Position numbers and translations under genes: made by a program
The notes under the pieces: model-generated
The model's database searches: none
Told to the model about the DNA's origin: nothing
The model's input: only the letters and a program-made list of their open reading frames with translations
Shown: positions 1 to 8,155 of the stretch, piece after piece
Position numbering within the stretch: position 1 is the first letter of the stretch
Layout: every line of letters starts with the position of its first letter
Origin: an uncultured Gemmatimonadales bacterium
GTDB taxonomy: Bacteria; Gemmatimonadota; Gemmatimonadetes; Gemmatimonadales; Gemmatimonadaceae
DNA length: 64,000 bases
Assembly: GCA_963793305.1 (NCBI GenBank)
Contig: CAWBZV010000003.1
Coordinates: 128,001-192,000, forward strand
Direction of reading: 5' to 3'

Positions 1-1
1 C

Positions 2-130
2 GGACGCGTGTTTGAAATGCGTGTTGGAGAGGTGTTCTACATCCCGCCAGTGCCGCACGACAGCTGGGTCATCGGCAACGAACCCTACGTCTCGCTACAC
101 TTCCTCGGCGCGGACCACTACGCCCGATAG
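2..130 (+). CDS. Cupin-domain protein, 3' end (truncated by window edge)
   Basis: Manual translation of frame 2: GRVFEMRVGEVFYIPPVPHDSWVIGNEPYVSLHFLGADHYAR*, matching cupin motif 2 (G-x-xFYIPxxxHxxW). Stop TAG at 128-130. Confidence 0.75.
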   Translation, partial: GRVFEMRVGEVFYIPPVPHDSWVIGNEPYVSLHFLGADHYAR

Positions 131-1006
131 TCGGACCTCACTCTCCCACGCTGCTAAGAAGCGGCGTACAGTTTCACTCGCGTAGCGCCGCAGTTCCTGC
201 CGGCGGCCATCGTCGTCCTCGTCTTCACTCAAAAAGCGCTCATACAGCGAGGGGCCCGCCGAGTCGAGGGTTTGGAAATGCCGTCGGAGCAGGTCGATGG
301 CGGCTCTCACATCCGGGTCCGTCACGACCGGGCTGCTGGCGGCGTAGGCAGCAGCGCTCGCCGGCCCTTGTTCGAACGCGTTGAGGGTCCATACAATGTC
401 GTAAGCATCTTTGTGCTTGACTCGGCCGTCGAGCGCGAAAGCCTTTAGCGCAAGGAACGGCAACAGATTCGCCACGCGAACCTCGACGATGCGAATGCCG
501 CCGCCGTCGAGAGTATCGCCCTCCAGCCGGACCGCCATGCAATCGCGACCAGCGAGCTCGGCGCCCCGAAGTGCGAACGCACTGAGCCGGCGTCCCGCCT
601 GGCGATGCGGCCGGCGCCGTAGACGGCCCGGCAGAGTGTCCTCCGGCGCACAGAAGAATTCCAGGATCACGCCGACCCCGTCAACGTCGCGTTGCCAGCG
701 GAAATACTCCGGCTCGTCGGAGCGATTTCGCGACGGTGTGAAACCGGCGCCCGAGAGCTGCCGTTCGAGCGTCGAATAGAGTGGAATGTCTTCCGAAGCC
801 ATGACGACTCCGATCACGACATCAATGTCTGTGGTACCAATGTGCGGTTCGAGTCCAGGAGGCACGCGCTGCACCAAGTAGCGCGGCGCGAGTCCACCGA
901 ACACAATGAGATGCGGCCCCCATTGACCGATTCTGGCAACGAGCGTACGAAGCGCGCGCTCACACGCTGCTACCGCCGCGGGGGTGTAAGCGTCACGCTC
1001 GCGCAT
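95..1006 (-). CDS. AbiEii-like nucleotidyltransferase (type IV TA toxin)
   Basis: Pol-beta NTase motifs LIVFGGLA, GTTDIDVVI and C-terminal LKAFA...KDAYDI. ATG at 1006 (MRERDAY) overlaps the upstream gene's 3' end; the track start at 1051 is probably too long. Confidence 0.8.
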   Translation of the reverse strand: MRERDAYTPAAVAACERALRTLVARIGQWGPHLIVFGGLAPRYLVQRVPPGLEPHIGTTDIDVVIGVVMASEDIPLYSTLERQLSGAGFTPSRNRSDEPEYFRWQRDVDGVGVILEFFCAPEDTLPGRLRRRPHRQAGRRLSAFALRGAELAGRDCMAVRLEGDTLDGGGIRIVEVRVANLLPFLALKAFALDGRVKHKDAYDIVWTLNAFEQGPASAAAYAASSPVVTDPDVRAAIDLLRRHFQTLDSAGPSLYERFLSEDEDDDGRRQELRRYASETVRRFLAAWESEVRLSGVVVRAEEV

Positions 1007-2126
1007 CGAGCGAGGAGCGGGCACGGAGATGATCGGCGACCTCGCCGCCACGCCCCCGTGCGCGGCGGGCTTCCACGTACGCTCGCGGCCAGCTTACGCA
1101 GCGAATTTGCTCGCGTAGATCGTCGCGCGCGATGAACGTCCTATGGACGAGTGCCGGATCACCCGAGGTCTGCCATAGATGAATGTTCTCGCCACTCTCG
1201 ACGACCGTCCCTCCGAGCTCACGCGCAATGTCTTCCGCCGCCTCCGCGGCCGGAATCCGAACGTCCGGTGGTGGATCAGCGGTCAAGAGCGGTGCCCACA
1301 GATTCGCCGCCCCAGCTCCGCCGACTGCGTAGTTCGTCAGATTACCGAGTTTGGCGATGCGTGCGTACAGGTCGTGATACGACGGCGCGTGCGCGTACAC
1401 TCGAGTGATGACTTCCGGGCGGACCTCTTCCTCCGCCCAGCGATCCAGCAACGCACCCGGATTGCTCAGCCTCCAGGTCTTCCACCGCGGTCCAGAGCCC
1501 ATTTCCTCGACGATCCCCTCATTCGCCAACCGGATGAGCACGCGGCTCACGAGCGCCGGGGAGACTCCGGTGTCGTGAGCCAGATCCTTGGCGCGAAAGT
1601 GGGGGCCTCGATACTTCAGCAGCATTGTCTCCGCGCAGACCCCGGTCCGTCTTCGCAACCGAGCCGGTCGGCCTTGGCCAGCTGACGTCCTGTTAGAGGT
1701 CCCAGCGATTGGTGGGGAATGTGGATCGATGTCGATCACGACTCCGGGCGCCACAATGTGCGACACGGCAGTCTGCTCTTCGAGCCATGAGATACCAGCC
1801 GCGCGCAAGATGCTGCGTGAGGCGGGCGTCAGACGATCTGTGGCCAGCATGAGATAGTTCACGGGATAGGCAGGGATTTGGGAAAACCGAGAGAAGCCGA
1901 CGTGCACTCTCTCCCGTCGCGGTATCACCGGATCCGGGTCGCGAGCCATCGCGGCGAACTCGCGCACCCTTTCCTCGCTCACGGGCCGCTCGCGTCTGAC
2001 GTAGAACGTGACGAAGCGGCCGCCCCGCGGTCGTATCTTGACCTTCGACCCGTCGGCGGGAAGCTGGATATCACCAGCTACAGCAGTGCGGACACGCCGC
2101 ACGACCCAGTCTGGAACGTCAGGCAT
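993..2126 (-). CDS. AbiEi-like antitoxin / winged-HTH transcriptional regulator
   Basis: Central wHTH (AKDLAHDTGVSPALVSRVLIRLANEGIV), LLDRW, YAVGGAGAA, and VSWPRAYVE...RGGEVA tail typical of AbiEi-type antitoxins. Overlaps the NTase start. Confidence 0.75.
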   Translation of the reverse strand: MPDVPDWVVRRVRTAVAGDIQLPADGSKVKIRPRGGRFVTFYVRRERPVSEERVREFAAMARDPDPVIPRRERVHVGFSRFSQIPAYPVNYLMLATDRLTPASRSILRAAGISWLEEQTAVSHIVAPGVVIDIDPHSPPIAGTSNRTSAGQGRPARLRRRTGVCAETMLLKYRGPHFRAKDLAHDTGVSPALVSRVLIRLANEGIVEEMGSGPRWKTWRLSNPGALLDRWAEEEVRPEVITRVYAHAPSYHDLYARIAKLGNLTNYAVGGAGAANLWAPLLTADPPPDVRIPAAEAAEDIARELGGTVVESGENIHLWQTSGDPALVHRTFIARDDLREQIRCVSWPRAYVEARRARGRGGEVADHLRARSSLDARA

Positions 2127-2129
2127 AGA

Positions 2130-2184
2130 TTTACCGTTCAGTTAACTTAACCGATGCGGTAAAATACGCAATAACGGTAAAATA
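2130..2184. promoter_or_regulatory. AT-rich promoter/operator of the AbiE-like pair with four TTWACCG half-sites
   Basis: TTTACCG (2130) and TTAACCG (2147) on +; CGGTAAAATA twice (2157, 2175), i.e. the same motif on -. Together they form a ~55-bp imperfect palindrome directly upstream of ATG 2126. Confidence 0.6.
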
Positions 2185-2192
2185 AGAGCGGA

Positions 2193-4424
2193 TTAGTCGG
2201 CTTCGCTGACCACTACGCTCGGTAACTGGCCGCGCTCGCCCGGCCACCAATTCCATTTGCCAGCGAGCCGTAGCACGGCTGGCCCAATGCCGAGGCGGAC
2301 GACCGTGGCGTCGATGAGTACGGCCACGGCTAAGGCGAAGCCGAGCACTTTGATGAGCAGGAAGTCGCCGAGGGTAAACGACGCGAACACGACGATCATC
2401 ACGGCCGCCGCGCTCGTAATGACGCCGCCCGTGCGCGCGACACCCTCGGCGAGCGCATCGTTGACGTTGGCGCCCGACCGGTTCGCTTCGGCGACTCGTG
2501 CCACCAAGAACACCTCGTAGTCCATGCTCAGGCCGAACACGAGGCAGAACACGATGACGGGGACGGCGGGGAAGAGCGCGTCGACTGGCGCCGCCAGGCC
2601 GACGAGCCAGGCGAGGTGGCCGTCCTGAAACACCAACACCGTCGCGCCGAACGCCGCGCCGACGGAGATGAGATTGAGCAAGATCGCCTTGATCGGGATC
2701 AACACGGACCGGAACCCGATCAGGAGCGCGAAGAACGTCCCGCCGACGACGAGCCCGACGACCCAACTCGCGTGTCCCGCGATCGCGTCCTGATAGTCCG
2801 TGTTCTGCGCCGGCAATCCACCGATCCGAATCGTCGCGCCCTTGAGACCAGTGAGCTGCACCGGATCGGTCGCGCGCAGATCGTGAATGAAGTCCGTGAG
2901 CTGCGCGGGCGTCGCGCTCTCTTTCGGGACCACCTCGATCACCGCCGCTTTGTGATCGCGACTCACGAACGAGTGGATGAGATCGACCGACACGAGGCCC
3001 AGGACGGTGGTGCTGGGATGCTCGGCGTGCAGGATCGTCGGGAGCGACCGTACGCGTGCGACCTCGGGCCGCTGCTGGACTGTCAGCGTGAGTCGTCGCC
3101 ATGCCTGCCAGCCGGCGTCAGTCAACGGCCCCTGGCCGGGCGGAAGCTCGAGGAGAATGTGCGTATCCTCGACGATCCCCATCTTCCCCATGCCGCGCAT
3201 CGCCCGCACGGCGCGCGCTGACTCCATCGACTGCGGCAACCAGTCTTCGCCGGTCGGCAACTGATCGTTGAGTCGCCGCGCTTGCCCCACGAGAATCGCC
3301 AGCGGTACACCGCATAACACGAGCACTCGCACCGGATGCGCGGCGACCCACGCACCCCAGCGCCGCCAGCCATTCTCACTTCCCACCCGGCGCGCGTGCC
3401 AGAGACTCCACCGGTTGACCAAGGGTCCGAGCCACGCGAGGAGTCCCGGTAATAGCGTGGTCGCTAAGAGCGCCGAAAAACCAACAGTGAGCAGGCCACC
3501 GATGCCGATCGAGCGAAGGTCACCGATGGGAATGACAATCAACGCCACGAACCCGATGGCGACCGCCATTGCGGAGATGAGAATCGTATGCCCCGCGCGC
3601 TGCACCGCTTCGACCGCGGCGTCCTCGGAATTTCGTCCAGCGGCGAGCGATTCCCGGAAGCGGCTGACCGTCAGGAGCGCGTAGTCGACGCCGATGCCGA
3701 GCCCGAGCATCGTGATGATGTTGTGCGACAGCACCGAGAGCGGCCAGACCATGCTGATCAGCGCCGCCGCACCGAGGCTCAACCCGATGGCGAGAGCGCC
3801 GGCTATGGCGGGAAGCAGCGCGGCGACGACGGACCCGAACACGATCACGAGCAACACGATCGTGATCGGCAATACCCGTCGCTCGGCCGTCCTCGCATCG
3901 GCGGCACTGGTCGCACGCACGTCGTAGTTGAACGGCGCGTCGCCAGTCCATCCCATCGTGATGCCGGGAAACTGCACCGCGAGCTCGCGCTGGAGCGCGC
4001 CGCTGGCGCGCCGCATCGCCGGGATGTACTCCTGCGCTGGATTGCCGACGCGATCGAGACCGACCACGACGAACGTGCCGCGCGGCGAGAGGAACGCCGA
4101 GTCCGGCGTGTTGGCGTACGAGAGCACGCGGCGCACGCCCGGTAACGAATCGAGCACGGTGACCACGCGGTGCAACGCCGCTTTGCCCTCCGGCGTCGCC
4201 GGCGACGCGACATTCGAGATCACCAGCACGGCGAACAATGCGTAGGGCGCGTCGAATCGCGAGGACATGATGCGCTCGACGACGCCCGCCTCGCGCTCGT
4301 TTGGGCGGGCGCTGGCATTCATGCGATCGGAGGCCGTGAACGCCCACGGGATCAGCGCGACGGCCAGGAGGGCCCAGACAGCGGCGACCGCACCGCGTTG
4401 GCGTACGATCGCGCGTGAGAGCAT
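2193..4424 (-). CDS. MMPL family (RND superfamily) transporter
   Basis: Two MMPL repeats with GIGVDYALL..RFRE and FGLSMDYEVFL..R..E, about 12 TM segments. ATG at 4424 (MLSRAIV); alternative start 4463. Confidence 0.9.
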   Translation of the reverse strand: MLSRAIVRQRGAVAAVWALLAVALIPWAFTASDRMNASARPNEREAGVVERIMSSRFDAPYALFAVLVISNVASPATPEGKAALHRVVTVLDSLPGVRRVLSYANTPDSAFLSPRGTFVVVGLDRVGNPAQEYIPAMRRASGALQRELAVQFPGITMGWTGDAPFNYDVRATSAADARTAERRVLPITIVLLVIVFGSVVAALLPAIAGALAIGLSLGAAALISMVWPLSVLSHNIITMLGLGIGVDYALLTVSRFRESLAAGRNSEDAAVEAVQRAGHTILISAMAVAIGFVALIVIPIGDLRSIGIGGLLTVGFSALLATTLLPGLLAWLGPLVNRWSLWHARRVGSENGWRRWGAWVAAHPVRVLVLCGVPLAILVGQARRLNDQLPTGEDWLPQSMESARAVRAMRGMGKMGIVEDTHILLELPPGQGPLTDAGWQAWRRLTLTVQQRPEVARVRSLPTILHAEHPSTTVLGLVSVDLIHSFVSRDHKAAVIEVVPKESATPAQLTDFIHDLRATDPVQLTGLKGATIRIGGLPAQNTDYQDAIAGHASWVVGLVVGGTFFALLIGFRSVLIPIKAILLNLISVGAAFGATVLVFQDGHLAWLVGLAAPVDALFPAVPVIVFCLVFGLSMDYEVFLVARVAEANRSGANVNDALAEGVARTGGVITSAAAVMIVVFASFTLGDFLLIKVLGFALAVAVLIDATVVRLGIGPAVLRLAGKWNWWPGERGQLPSVVVSEAD

Positions 4425-4437
4425 GGGCGCGTCCAAG

Positions 4438-5475
4438 TTAGGGCGCGTGGGAAACTGGCTCAAGCAGGAGACCGGTCAGTGCGTCCAGCACTGGCTCGAC
4501 GGGGAGCGACTGTAACGTCCCTTCGGTCGACACGACTGCGGCGCTTCCCGTCTCATACGGGCCCCAGATCTCGGCCCGATTTCTCGGGAACATCACGACG
4601 GCCGGCTTGCCGAACGCCGAGGCCGCGTGCGTGATCGCCGTGTCGGGTGTCAGCACGTAGTCGGCTGTGGCCACCAATGCAAAAGCCTCACGTACGCTTC
4701 GCGTGCGCAAAAACCTCGCGTCTGTTAATTGCTCGGCCATCGCGGCGTCCCCAGGCGCGGCTATCAAGCCGACATCGAGGTCCGCGTGCGCGCGAAGCGC
4801 GCCGAGGATTGCGGCAAATCGCTCAGCTGGCCATCGGCAGGTCGGCTTCCCTGCCGAGATGTTGACCAGCAGACGGCGACCAGCACGCCACCGTGATTCT
4901 CCCTCGGCACGCTCGGCGGGCGTGAGAAAAATCTCCGGGCGCCAATTCGCGTCAGTCACTCCGAATGGCGCGGCCAGCGCTCCGAGATGCTCGACGTAAT
5001 GGCGGGCCGTGGCGGGACGAGGCGTCGGGATGGTAAACGCAGCATCAATCCCACGTCCAGCGAGGCCAACGCGATGTCGCGCCCGGCTCAACAGCATCAT
5101 GACCAACGTCGTAGTCGACGGCGAGAAAACCTGACAATCCAAAATCGCGTCGTACCGTTCGCGCCGAATGCGACGAAACGCCGCGACGTAGGCGGGATCG
5201 GCGATGATGACGGACCGAACGTAGGGATTGCCGAGCAGCACAGGCGCGTTCTCGGGAGACGCGAGCACGTCGACGACGACATTCGGATGCGACCGCGCGA
5301 TCGCACGCAGGAGCCCGGTCGACAAGATCATGTCGCCGATCCGATCGTAGCGGAGATAGAGCACTCGGACGGGCTCCGCGCCGGCCGCGAAGTCGAGCGG
5401 CGACGGCTGAGGCAGGCGCCGGGCGAGCCCAACGAGCACGGCGCGCGATGCCGCCTCTAACCGTCTCATTCGCAT
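4438..5475 (-). CDS. Glycosyltransferase family 9 (ADP-heptose:LPS heptosyltransferase-like)
   Basis: RYDRIGDMILSTG, RWPAERF and TPDTAITHAASAFGKPAVVMF motifs. Confidence 0.88.
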   Translation of the reverse strand: MRMRRLEAASRAVLVGLARRLPQPSPLDFAAGAEPVRVLYLRYDRIGDMILSTGLLRAIARSHPNVVVDVLASPENAPVLLGNPYVRSVIIADPAYVAAFRRIRRERYDAILDCQVFSPSTTTLVMMLLSRARHRVGLAGRGIDAAFTIPTPRPATARHYVEHLGALAAPFGVTDANWRPEIFLTPAERAEGESRWRAGRRLLVNISAGKPTCRWPAERFAAILGALRAHADLDVGLIAAPGDAAMAEQLTDARFLRTRSVREAFALVATADYVLTPDTAITHAASAFGKPAVVMFPRNRAEIWGPYETGSAAVVSTEGTLQSLPVEPVLDALTGLLLEPVSHAP

Positions 5476-5601
5476 GACATTCTCAAATTACCATGCGTAT
5501 CTCATACACCATCGGCACATACGATTCAGAGCGGGCACTGCCATTCTGGCGGCCACGCTTTACCGCTTGCGGTAACGATCCGGAAGGGGCTTCTTATATC
5601 A

Positions 5602-5919
5602 ATGCTGTCGGATACCATGACCCAATCGTCCGCCGAGGCGAGTCCGAGATTGGTCCGGATGCGCGAAGCGGTTTGTCGTGCGATGGACGCGGTCTCGAGC
5701 AACCCCGAGGAGCCGCGGACAGAAAGAGGCGCCCGTATGGCGGCCGCTCGTGAGGCGGTCGTTGCGTACACGCGGTGGATGCGTGACCAAGGTGTGCCCG
5801 CGCTGACGGTGATCCAACACGTCAAAGCCCTGGTCCGGGGTGCGTCGTCCCGAGGCGCGAAGGCGTTTCGTGATGCGCTGTCCCAGTGGACCATCGCGGC
5901 CTACTTCCAAGCGGACTAG
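5602..5919 (+). CDS. Small helical hypothetical protein
   Basis: Fills the gap between GT9 and glk. Protein-like composition (AVVAYTRWMRDQGVPALTVIQHVKALV...WTIAAYF). Stop overlaps the glk stop. Confidence 0.6.
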   Translation: MLSDTMTQSSAEASPRLVRMREAVCRAMDAVSSNPEEPRTERGARMAAAREAVVAYTRWMRDQGVPALTVIQHVKALVRGASSRGAKAFRDALSQWTIAAYFQAD

Positions 5920-6896
5920 GAAGCGGCGACCACAGCGGCGCCGAGCAGTCCAATCATGTCGTTGGTGATCACGTGGACGGGGATCTTGGACAAGAGCCCC
6001 GCCATTCGGCCTTTCGCGGTGAACGACGCGAGAAAGTCGCCGGATTTGAGCACGGGCAGGATGCGCCTGGCGATACCGCCAGCCAGGTAGACGCCACCGG
6101 TCGACAGGGTCTGGAGGACGACGTTCCCCGCCTGCGACCCGTAGACCGAGGCGAAGAGCCGCACCGCCATGACACACGCCGGATCTGTCCCCGCGACGCC
6201 GCGCGTCGTCACCGTGGCCGCCGGGACTCCGCCTCGCATCTCGTCAGAGACGTTCGGATCCTCGGGCGCGAGCTTGCTGGCGACGATGTACTGATAGGTC
6301 GAGACCAACCCTGAGCCCGACAGCACGCGTTCGTACGACACGTGTCCGCCGTCGTGCTGCGCCGAGAGAAACTTCGCCAGGCCCCACTCGATCTCATTCC
6401 GGGCCCCGAACGTCGCATGGCCGCCTTCGGACGGAACAACCCTCACGCCCGTCGGCTCCCTGAGCACGAGCCCCTGACCGAGTCCCGTTCCGGCGCCGAG
6501 TAGGGCTATGGGACCGTCGGGATCGGACACCCCGGGCTGGAGCGTCTCATAGTCGGTCGGGCCGAGTCGGGTAACGCCGAATCCAACGGCGTCGAAATCG
6601 TTGATCAGCGTCGTCCGCCGTACCCCAATAGCGCTCGCCAGCTCGGCGCCCCGGACCATCCAGGGGAGGTTGGACGCCTTGATGTCGCCGTCGACAACGG
6701 GGCCCGCCACGGCAAAGCACGCAGCGCCGATATCGGTCCCATCGTCACGACGAAACTCCTTGACGATGGTCGCCAGACTGTCATACTGGCCGCTCGGATA
6801 GACGTGCTCGCGCACGCATCGCAAGGGTGCTCCGCCCACGGCAAAGACGGCGAGACGCGCGTTCGTCCCGCCAATGTCGCCCGCCAACACGTTCAT
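5916..6896 (-). CDS. glk: Glucokinase
   Basis: Starts MNVLAGDIGGTNARLA (ATG 6896, ATGA overlap with the MFP stop). Motifs INDF, GAGTGLG, PSEGGH, YERVLSGSGL, GGVYLAGGI, F.AKGRM. Confidence 0.93.
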   Translation of the reverse strand: MNVLAGDIGGTNARLAVFAVGGAPLRCVREHVYPSGQYDSLATIVKEFRRDDGTDIGAACFAVAGPVVDGDIKASNLPWMVRGAELASAIGVRRTTLINDFDAVGFGVTRLGPTDYETLQPGVSDPDGPIALLGAGTGLGQGLVLREPTGVRVVPSEGGHATFGARNEIEWGLAKFLSAQHDGGHVSYERVLSGSGLVSTYQYIVASKLAPEDPNVSDEMRGGVPAATVTTRGVAGTDPACVMAVRLFASVYGSQAGNVVLQTLSTGGVYLAGGIARRILPVLKSGDFLASFTAKGRMAGLLSKIPVHVITNDMIGLLGAAVVAAS

Positions 6897-8155
6897 GGAG
6901 TGGGACTGCCGGGGAATCCTTCGAGGACCTGGACCTGCTGCCCGCGCGGCCGGTCTCCCTTGTTCTGATCTGGAGCCAGGCGGGCTCGCACCCGTTGCCC
7001 GTCCCGCAGCGCATCCGATGGCTGATTGACCACAGCATCTCCCTCGGTCAGTCCCGACACGACTTCCATCACCGTGCCGTAATCTCGGCCGATACGGAGA
7101 GTCCGGAAATGGGCGATCGAATCCACGCCCACGACCGCCGCCTGCGCGCCCTGGGTGCGGAAGATCAACGCCGTCCCCGGCATGAGGATCGGCGGCGACG
7201 GCCGCGAGAACCGGAAATGGATGTCGGCATACATCCCGGGCAACAGCGCGCCACCCTTGTTCGCCACGTCCACCTCGGTCAAAAGCGTCCGCGACGCCAC
7301 GTCGACCGCATCGGCCGTGCGGACGATCTTCCCGGGGAAGAGCTGTCCCGGCAGCTCCTCTTCTTCCAGCGCCGCCTCGAGGCCCGCGTGAACCGAAGGC
7401 GCGTACGCCTGCGGCACCCCGATGTAGACGCGCATCGTGTCGGTTCGCGCGATGTGAAAGAGCTCCGTCAAACCACCGGTCGCGCCAGCGGCATTCGGCG
7501 CGCCGGACGATCCGGTGGCCGTGATATACGATCCATTGTCGATGTTGCGGGCGGTCACCACACCAGCGAACGGCGCGGTCACGCGCTCGTAACCAACGAG
7601 CGACTGGAGTCTCAGCACATTGTCGTGCGCCGCGTTGACCGTCTGGATCTGGGCCTGATACGTGGACTGCTTCTGGTCGTACTCGTCTGCCGTGACCACA
7701 CTGTCCTTGACCAACGACTGCCACCGCTCGGCCTCGCTCTTCGCGAGCACCAGGGTCGCGCGGTCCTGCGCCTCGGTCGACTTGGCCTGGCTCAACTGCT
7801 GGTCGAGATCCGGCGCGTCGATCACGGCGAGCAACTGACCATTCGCGACCCGCGCCCCGATGTCCGCGTAATACGCACGCACGTAACCCGACGAGCGCGC
7901 GTAGACCGACGCGTCGTGGATCGGCTGGAGCGTGCCCGGCAACGTGAGATCGGCGCCTGCCGGCGCGCGACTGACGCGCACCACACTGACAAGGGGTAGC
8001 GTGTCGGCCAGCGCGCTACTCTGCGCGCGCTGCTCGAGCACCTTGCGCTGCGACCGCCGCGGCAAAAGGCCGACAAGGAGCAAGACCAGGAGCACCGCGA
8101 TGATCACGATGGCGGCCACTCCCATCGATCTCCGGGAGAGGGTCGCCTCAGCCAC
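6893..8155 (-). CDS. RND efflux periplasmic adaptor (MFP)
   Basis: N-terminal TM, ARSSGYV...DIGARV..GQLLAVIDAP, coiled hairpin, APFAGVVTARN, LLPGMYA. Confidence 0.92.
   Translation of the reverse strand: MAEATLSRRSMGVAAIVIIAVLLVLLLVGLLPRRSQRKVLEQRAQSSALADTLPLVSVVRVSRAPAGADLTLPGTLQPIHDASVYARSSGYVRAYYADIGARVANGQLLAVIDAPDLDQQLSQAKSTEAQDRATLVLAKSEAERWQSLVKDSVVTADEYDQKQSTYQAQIQTVNAAHDNVLRLQSLVGYERVTAPFAGVVTARNIDNGSYITATGSSGAPNAAGATGGLTELFHIARTDTMRVYIGVPQAYAPSVHAGLEAALEEEELPGQLFPGKIVRTADAVDVASRTLLTEVDVANKGGALLPGMYADIHFRFSRPSPPILMPGTALIFRTQGAQAAVVGVDSIAHFRTLRIGRDYGTVMEVVSGLTEGDAVVNQPSDALRDGQRVRARLAPDQNKGDRPRGQQVQVLEGFPGSPTP

Noticed and set aside
5916..7724. 602-aa extended glucokinase
   Set aside because: The extension is an off-frame read-through over the MFP gene; the real start is 6896.
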